Assembly: GCA_963658405.1 (NCBI GenBank)
Contig: CAVKQI010000003.1
Location: 60 to 64,059 of the forward strand
Direction: 5' to 3'
Source of the DNA: a bacterium
GTDB lineage: Bacteria > Bacillota > Clostridia > Lachnospirales > Lachnospiraceae
DNA length: 64,000 bases
Position 1 is the stretch's first letter. Every line of letters begins with the position of its first letter. A program made the translations under genes and the position numbers. Under the pieces are notes generated by a model. It did no database searches and was not told the DNA's origin. It saw only the letters and a program-made list of their open reading frames with translations. This document shows positions 58,958 to 64,000 of the stretch, piece by piece.

Positions 58958-59267
58958 AGTCAGCCTCCTTCCCGGCCTGCTCAATCTGCGGAGAGGCATG
59001 GGGAGATGCCCCCGCCAGGCTCTTCTCCAATGACCGATAGATCTCCGACGGCACACTCATGCCATAGGCCCGATTCAGTGCCTTTTTCTTTTCTGCCAGC
59101 TGCAGACAGGCTGTGCTTCTGCACAGATAAGCGCCCCGTCCGTTGGCCCGTCCTGTCAGATCCAGAGAGATCTCTCCCTCCGGCGAGCGGATGATCCGCA
59201 CCAGGCTCTTTTTTTCCTTCATCTCTCCGCAGCCAATGCATTGGCGCATCGGAATCTTTTTCGGCAT
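58947..59267 (-). CDS. ylxR: YlxR-family (DUF448) RNA-binding protein
   Basis: MPKKIPMRQCIGCGEMKEKKSLVRI.. ..GRGAYLC.. Confidence 0.85.
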   Translation of the reverse strand: MPKKIPMRQCIGCGEMKEKKSLVRIIRSPEGEISLDLTGRANGRGAYLCRSTACLQLAEKKKALNRAYGMSVPSEIYRSLEKSLAGASPHASPQIEQAGKEADCEG

Positions 59268-59288
59268 GCTGCTTCTGTTACCTCCATC

Positions 59289-59308
59289 TGCCGCAGTTTA
59301 CTGCGGCA
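59289..59308 (-). repeat. hp1-type hairpin upstream of ylxR
   Basis: TGCCGCAG-TTTA-CTGCGGCA. In sense orientation it is followed by GATGGAGGTAACAGAAGCAGC-ATG. Confidence 0.65.
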
Positions 59309-59337
59309 ACACTTAATCTGTATAGAAATCCGGAAGA

Positions 59338-60567
59338 TTATTCCTGCTCTTCCTCTGCGGTCTCTTCGACATCTTCTGCAGCAGATGCATCATCCTCTGC
59401 AAAATCTTCCTCTGTCTCCGATGCCTCGGAAGTCTCCTCGTCATATGCCTCCTCATCGTCAGCATATTCCTCGTCCTCTTCGTACTCGTCGTCCAGATAA
59501 TCCTCATAGCGGAAACCGGGCGCATCCTTTGCCTGGGTCTCGCTCTTGATGTCGATCTTGTAGCCGGTCAGTCTGGCTGCCAGACGTGCATTCTGTCCTT
59601 CGCGTCCGATGGCCAGGGACAGCTGATAATCCGGCACCACGACCTTGGCCGTCTTTTCTTCCGGATCAGCAAAGACTGCCACGATCTTTGCCGGGGAAAG
59701 GGCGTTCTGAATAAAGTTACCAGGGTTCTCATCCCAGTTCACGATATCGATCTTCTCGCCGTTTAATTCTTCCACGATGTTATTGACACGGGCACCGTTC
59801 ATACCTACGCATGCACCCACCGGATCCACATTGGGATCATTGCTGCAGACAGCGATCTTGGTGCGGCTGCCGGCCTCTCTGGCGATGCTCATGATCTCTA
59901 CCGTGCCGTCATGGATCTCGGTCACTTCCTGCTCAAAGAGTCTCTTTACCAGCTCCGGATGCGTACGGCTTACCATGATGCGGGGTCCCTTGGGAGTCTC
60001 TCTGACCTCCAGGATATAGACCTTGACTCTCTCTGTGGGACGCAGCACCTCACCGGGCACCTGCTCCTTCTCATTGAGGACGGCATCTGCCTTGCCCAGG
60101 TTGACAGTGATGCTCTTGGGCATGACGCGCTGCACGATACCGGTGACGATATCCTTCTGCTTTTCGTAGTACTCGGAATAAACGGCTCTGCGGTCCTCCT
60201 CGCGGATCTTCTGGAGCAGGACATTCTTGGCGATCTGGGTGGCGATGCGGCCGAAGGACTGGCTGTTGATCTTTACCTGCACCACATCTCCCACTGCTGC
60301 CGTGCGTCTGATCTCCTTGGCATCCTGCAGGGAAATCTCCAGCAGATCATCCTCTACATCCTCCGGCGTCTCTACGACAGTCTTCTCTGCATAGCAGCCG
60401 AAATCACAGGTGTCACGGTCGATTTCCACTCTTATATTATCTGCCTTGCCGTAGTTATTCTTGCAGGCTGTCAGCAGTGCATTCTCAATTGCCTCAAAAA
60501 GGGTATCCTTGCTGATATTTTTCTCTTTTTCCAGCGCATCCAAAGCTTCCTTGAGATCTTTATTCAT
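59338..60567 (-). CDS. nusA: Transcription termination/antitermination factor NusA
   Basis: The start was moved to MNKDLKEALD. It has the NusA N domain, S1 and two KH domains, and an acidic C-terminal extension. Confidence 0.95.
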   Translation of the reverse strand: MNKDLKEALDALEKEKNISKDTLFEAIENALLTACKNNYGKADNIRVEIDRDTCDFGCYAEKTVVETPEDVEDDLLEISLQDAKEIRRTAAVGDVVQVKINSQSFGRIATQIAKNVLLQKIREEDRRAVYSEYYEKQKDIVTGIVQRVMPKSITVNLGKADAVLNEKEQVPGEVLRPTERVKVYILEVRETPKGPRIMVSRTHPELVKRLFEQEVTEIHDGTVEIMSIAREAGSRTKIAVCSNDPNVDPVGACVGMNGARVNNIVEELNGEKIDIVNWDENPGNFIQNALSPAKIVAVFADPEEKTAKVVVPDYQLSLAIGREGQNARLAARLTGYKIDIKSETQAKDAPGFRYEDYLDDEYEEDEEYADDEEAYDEETSEASETEEDFAEDDASAAEDVEETAEEEQE

Positions 60568-60793
60568 CTTTGCTCCCATGCTCCTTTCCTTGGTGCCGGC
60601 CTGTCGCCGGGCATGTTCCTGTCCTGTATGTCTGTGCTTCTCTGTATTCTCGGTGATTTTCTGTATTTCTATGGTTCTCTGTATCTTCTATAATTCTCTT
60701 TAAATCTTTATTTCTGTGATTCTCTGCGTTTTTGTATCTGCCTGACACCTGTCCGGTTCCTATGAACCGGCTGTCCACAGATAAGATCCACAC

Positions 60794-61297
60794 TTAAAAA
60801 CCCAATGCCAGACGCAGCATGGCGATATTCTTGCGTCCAAAAACCTGTCTGGTACCGTCCGCAAGGACGATGGTGATCTGAAAAGCATCAAAGCTCTCCA
60901 GCTCCCCGGCAAATTCCTTGGGTCCCTTGGGTTCCAGAGGCTTGTAGAGCTTTAACTCCACCTGCTCTCCCAGGCTGTACTGCAGATGTCTGTCCTTGGT
61001 CAGTGCACGACCAAGCCCGGGACTGGATACTTCCAATACATAGGCCTCCGGGATAATATCCTCCTGATCCAGTACGTCGGAATAGGCTCTGCTGACTTCT
61101 ACGCAGTCATCGATGGTGACGCCGCCTTCCTTGTCGATATAGGCGCGAAGGTAATAATCGCTCCCTTCCTTCACATAATCCACATCGTAGATCTGCACGC
61201 CGTGCGCCTCTGCGATCGGGATCAGCAATTCCTCTGCCTTACGGGCATAACCGCCTTTTCCGGAGGATGTGCCTTTCTTATTACCCTGTTCTCCCAT
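60794..61297 (-). CDS. rimP: Ribosome maturation factor RimP
   Basis: The start was moved to MGEQGNKK (AGAGGA upstream). Pattern: ..LEVSSPGLGRALTKDRH.. Confidence 0.85.
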   Translation of the reverse strand: MGEQGNKKGTSSGKGGYARKAEELLIPIAEAHGVQIYDVDYVKEGSDYYLRAYIDKEGGVTIDDCVEVSRAYSDVLDQEDIIPEAYVLEVSSPGLGRALTKDRHLQYSLGEQVELKLYKPLEPKGPKEFAGELESFDAFQITIVLADGTRQVFGRKNIAMLRLALGF

Positions 61298-61357
61298 GTA
61301 ATTTCCTCTTAATTCTATGGCATTTCTGCTGTATTCGTCATCTCTATTTTCGGGCAT

Positions 61358-61384
61358 AGAAAAAGTGGACTTCGTCAGTCCACT
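61358..61384 (-). terminator. Intrinsic terminator in the rimP-nusA leader
   Basis: Minus-sense AGTGGACT-GACGA-AGTCCACT followed by TTTTT. It lies about 25-50 nt after the predicted TSS. Confidence 0.65.
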
Positions 61385-61410
61385 TCATCAATCCCTACGT
61401 CTACCATGTC

Positions 61411-61439
61411 ATACTAGCACTGTTTTTGCGGAAAATCAA
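61411..61439 (-). promoter_or_regulatory. Candidate promoter of the rimP-nusA-infB operon
   Basis: Minus-sense TTGATT (61434-61439), 17 nt, TGcTAGTAT (61411-61416). Confidence 0.55.
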
Positions 61440-61598
61440 GCATTTTCGGGGCTGCGGCGGCGTCAAAGTGCCGCAGATCAATCGCATAAACCATTTCTTG
61501 CAAACTTTTTACCTGCTCTTTACATTCCTGTGATGGTGATTTTCGCCGTCTGCGGTATTCTGTATATCAGCTGCACATAAAAGTTGCATCTCATAACT

Positions 61599-61708
61599 CA
61601 GCCAGACGTGCGAGCGGGTGGCGGATGATGTCCGGCGCACGAGCACTGAGCTGCAAGGCGTCCCCAAGCGGACATCGCCGACAGGACCCGCCCCTCGGCT
61701 GGCGTACG
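61599..61708. repeat. Nested-palindrome element (family 2), short copy
   Basis: It shares ..GAGCGGGTGG(C)CGGATGATGTCCGGCGCA.. and ..GGCGTCCCCAAGCGGACATCGCCGACAGGACCCGC.CC.TCGG.. with 31844-32019. The core is only about 20 bp and the left outer arm is degenerate. Confidence 0.7.
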
Positions 61709-61869
61709 GGTAGCAACCAAAAGCAACGGATTAGTTGTCAGCACAAATAAATATGCATAGCTGTAGTGCATTTAAATGCAAATAATTGTATAATTTGAAC
61801 AATACAACATTTTCATGCTGCGCAGCAAGGCAGCCACGTCTCCTCTGCCGCAGCGGAAAGGAATTTCAC

Positions 61870-62682
61870 ATGCCTGCAACTTATGCACATCATCGTTTCG
61901 GCGCCGATGTCCTGCGCTGTCTCCCCGGTCCTCTGGCCGCCGTCATTCTTCGGCATCGTCAGGTCTTTGACATCGGCCTGCAGGGGCCGGATATCTATTT
62001 TTATTACGAGCCTCTCCATCACAACCCCGTCAGTGCCCTGGCCGGGCAGATGCACGATGCACCGGCACTGCCATTCTTTGAAGAGTGCCGCCGCCACATC
62101 CTCTCCCTGGAAGATCCCGCACAGAAAGAAGCCGCCATTGCCTATGCCATGGGATTTCTCTGTCACTTCAGCCTGGATCATGCCTGTCACGGCTATATCG
62201 AGGAGCGGATCGGCAAGGGAGATGTAAACCATACCCAGATCGAGAGCGAATTCGACAGGCGACTCGCTGTCATGGACGGCCACGATCCACTGCATTATTC
62301 TTTTACTTCGGATTTCATCGCTTCCAATGAAAATGCACAGCTCATCGCCGGCTTTTTCCCGGATCTTTCTCCTAAAACGGTGCGCAAGGCGCTCGTATCC
62401 TTCCGGCAGTTTAATCAGATCCTGCAGACACCCAATCCTCTGCTGCGGGGCGCCACCATCGGCGTCATGAAGATGACCGGCAGCAGCTATCCATCTCTGC
62501 GGGGGCACCTCATCGAGCGCCGGCCCAATCCCGCCTGCACCGACAGCAATAAGCGTCTGGGACAGCTCTATCACGAAGGCCTTGAAAAGGCCGCTGCCCT
62601 GCTGCCCGCCTACGGATCCGCTCTGCAGGATGCTTCCCTTGCGCTGGATCCGTATCTGGAGCACACCTACGGTCCCAAGTAA
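61870..62682 (+). CDS. Zinc-dependent phospholipase C-like family protein
   Basis: The start was moved to MPATYAHHRFG (AAAGGA upstream). His-rich metal motifs include ..FLCHFSLDHACHGYI.. The family assignment comes from memory of the N-terminal HxxxG/H pattern. Confidence 0.5.
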   Translation: MPATYAHHRFGADVLRCLPGPLAAVILRHRQVFDIGLQGPDIYFYYEPLHHNPVSALAGQMHDAPALPFFEECRRHILSLEDPAQKEAAIAYAMGFLCHFSLDHACHGYIEERIGKGDVNHTQIESEFDRRLAVMDGHDPLHYSFTSDFIASNENAQLIAGFFPDLSPKTVRKALVSFRQFNQILQTPNPLLRGATIGVMKMTGSSYPSLRGHLIERRPNPACTDSNKRLGQLYHEGLEKAAALLPAYGSALQDASLALDPYLEHTYGPK

Positions 62683-62863
62683 AACACCAAATGATACACA
62701 GTCGGACAAAAAGCAAGGTGAAGCAAAGTGATACACAAACCAAGCTAAATGCAAAGTGATGCGCAGCCGGGAACGCAGACTTCCCGCAGCCGATACCCGT
62801 CACACCATGACAGATACTGTACAGGCACACCAAAACCATCCAAGTCTGCAGAACGGAGTTTAC

Positions 62864-64000
62864 ATGAAAAAGACCACCAAACTGGAAAAATCCTGGATCC
62901 TTTATGATGTGGGCAATTCCGCCTTCACATTGCTGGTGTCCACCCTTTTCCCCATCTATTTCAACGCCATCGCCGGCAGTGCAGGTATTTCCAGCGTGGA
63001 CTATCTGGCTTACTGGGGATATGCCACTTCCATCGTCACTGCCATCGTAGCCCTGCTTGGCCCCATTCTCGGCTCCGTCACCGACACAAAGGGTTTTAAG
63101 AAGCCGATCTTCATCGTCTCCCTTATGATCGGCGTCATCGGCTGCGTGATTCTCGGTTTTACCGGCAACTGGCTGCTCTTCCTGATCCTGTTCGTCATCG
63201 CCAAGGTGGGCTACTCCTCCAGTCTGGTCTTCTACGACTCCATGATCCACGATGTGACCACCGAGGAGCGCATGGATGATGTCTCCTCCAAAGGCTATGC
63301 CTGGGGCTATATCGGCAGCTGCGTTCCCTTTATCATCGGGCTTGTATTTGTGCTCTACGCTGATAAGATCGGCATCTCCCAGATGACCGGCCTGGCCATC
63401 GCCTTTATCGTCACCGCCCTCTGGTGGTTTGGCTGTACCGTACCGCTTCTTAAGAATTATAAGCAGCTGTACTTTGTAGATGCACCCAAGCACGTCATCC
63501 GCGAAAGCTTCGGCCGTCTGGGTCATACACTGGCCGGCCTTAAGAATGACAAGAAGGTGCTGCTGTTCCTTCTGGCTTTCTTCTGCTATATCGACGGTGT
63601 CTATACCATCATCGACATGGCCACCGCCTATGGCACCGCATTGGGACTGGATACCACCGGCCTTTTGCTGGCCCTTCTGGTGACCCAGTTCGTGGCCTTC
63701 CCCTTTGCCCTGCTCTTTGGCTATCTCTCCCACCGCTATCCCGCATCCAGGCTGATCCCCATCTGCATTGCCGCCTATACCGGCATCGCCATCTTTGCCT
63801 TCTTCCTGGATTCCCAGACCAAGTTCTGGATCCTGGCCGTGGTCGTCGGCATGTTCCAGGGCGGCATACAGGCCCTCTCCCGCTCCCACTTCGCCAAGAT
63901 CATTCCGGCGGAAAAATCCGGCGAGTACTTCGGCCTCTATGACATCTGCGGCAAAGGCGCATCCTTCTTCGGCACCATGCTCATCAGCATCATGAGCCAG
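62864..64000 (+). CDS. MFS transporter (UMF1/Atg22-like), 3' end outside the window
   Basis: ATG 62864 (GGAG upstream). The frame stays open to the window end and is therefore absent from the ORF track. It is polytopic: ..WILYDVGNSAFTLLVSTLFPIYF.. ..FFCYIDGVYTII.. Confidence 0.75.
   Translation, partial: MKKTTKLEKSWILYDVGNSAFTLLVSTLFPIYFNAIAGSAGISSVDYLAYWGYATSIVTAIVALLGPILGSVTDTKGFKKPIFIVSLMIGVIGCVILGFTGNWLLFLILFVIAKVGYSSSLVFYDSMIHDVTTEERMDDVSSKGYAWGYIGSCVPFIIGLVFVLYADKIGISQMTGLAIAFIVTALWWFGCTVPLLKNYKQLYFVDAPKHVIRESFGRLGHTLAGLKNDKKVLLFLLAFFCYIDGVYTIIDMATAYGTALGLDTTGLLLALLVTQFVAFPFALLFGYLSHRYPASRLIPICIAAYTGIAIFAFFLDSQTKFWILAVVVGMFQGGIQALSRSHFAKIIPAEKSGEYFGLYDICGKGASFFGTMLISIMSQ

Noticed and set aside
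60560-60793. 77-aa ORF (GTG start abutting the rimP stop) encoding ENHR-type repeats.
   Set aside because: It has no SD and a low-complexity translation of a purine-rich repeat, and it overlaps the nusA start. It is treated as non-coding spacer and kept as an alternative in the findings.

Overview
This is a chromosomal, housekeeping-rich 64-kb segment. Its gene families and operon layouts (rimP-nusA-ylxR-ylxQ-infB-rbfA-nrnA-truB-ribF, class B sortase, LCP, single-chain PurL, GltB/GltD) suggest a Gram-positive anaerobe of the Clostridia type; that is inference only, since no search was possible. 44 of 46 protein genes and one tRNA-Trp lie on the minus strand. Left to right the blocks are: a MacB-like ABC pair with a frameshifted permease; a heterodimeric ABC exporter with MerR and a divergent MATE pump; clpB; srtB; gltBD; a CPBP protease; a HAD hydrolase; an Amt-PII fusion; cadC-like/HMA/P1B-ATPase; a five-gene circularly-permuted ATP-grasp / alpha-E / transglutaminase / 2x AstE-like cluster; a hypothetical membrane protein; argS; queH; carAB; purL; tRNA-Trp; VanZ/PH/LCP; a two-domain flavoprotein; dus; a gamma-CA-like gene; Dabb; the nusA-infB operon; a Zn-PLC-like gene; and a partial MFS transporter. 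I saw no transposase, integrase, CRISPR, phage or recognisable defence genes. The unusual content is non-coding. Most spacers longer than about 60 bp are packed with long near-perfect stem-loops. (i) One modular four-hairpin repeat family occurs at 10 or more sites, always in gene-sense orientation. Its first hairpin sits directly on the Shine-Dalgarno of the downstream gene, and it is amplified into a five-unit tandem array at 49090-49790. (ii) A 3 x 123-bp structured tandem repeat lies between purL and carA. (iii) A cluster of perfect hairpins lies between the HMA gene and the ATPase. (iv) A nested-palindrome element is present in two copies. Several operons (amt, gltB, ATP-grasp cluster, purL, rimP) also show a promoter followed by an intrinsic terminator in the leader. 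Many ORF-track starts were moved to internal starts that have a Shine-Dalgarno. All promoter, terminator and RNA-structure calls are manual pattern reading and remain unverified.
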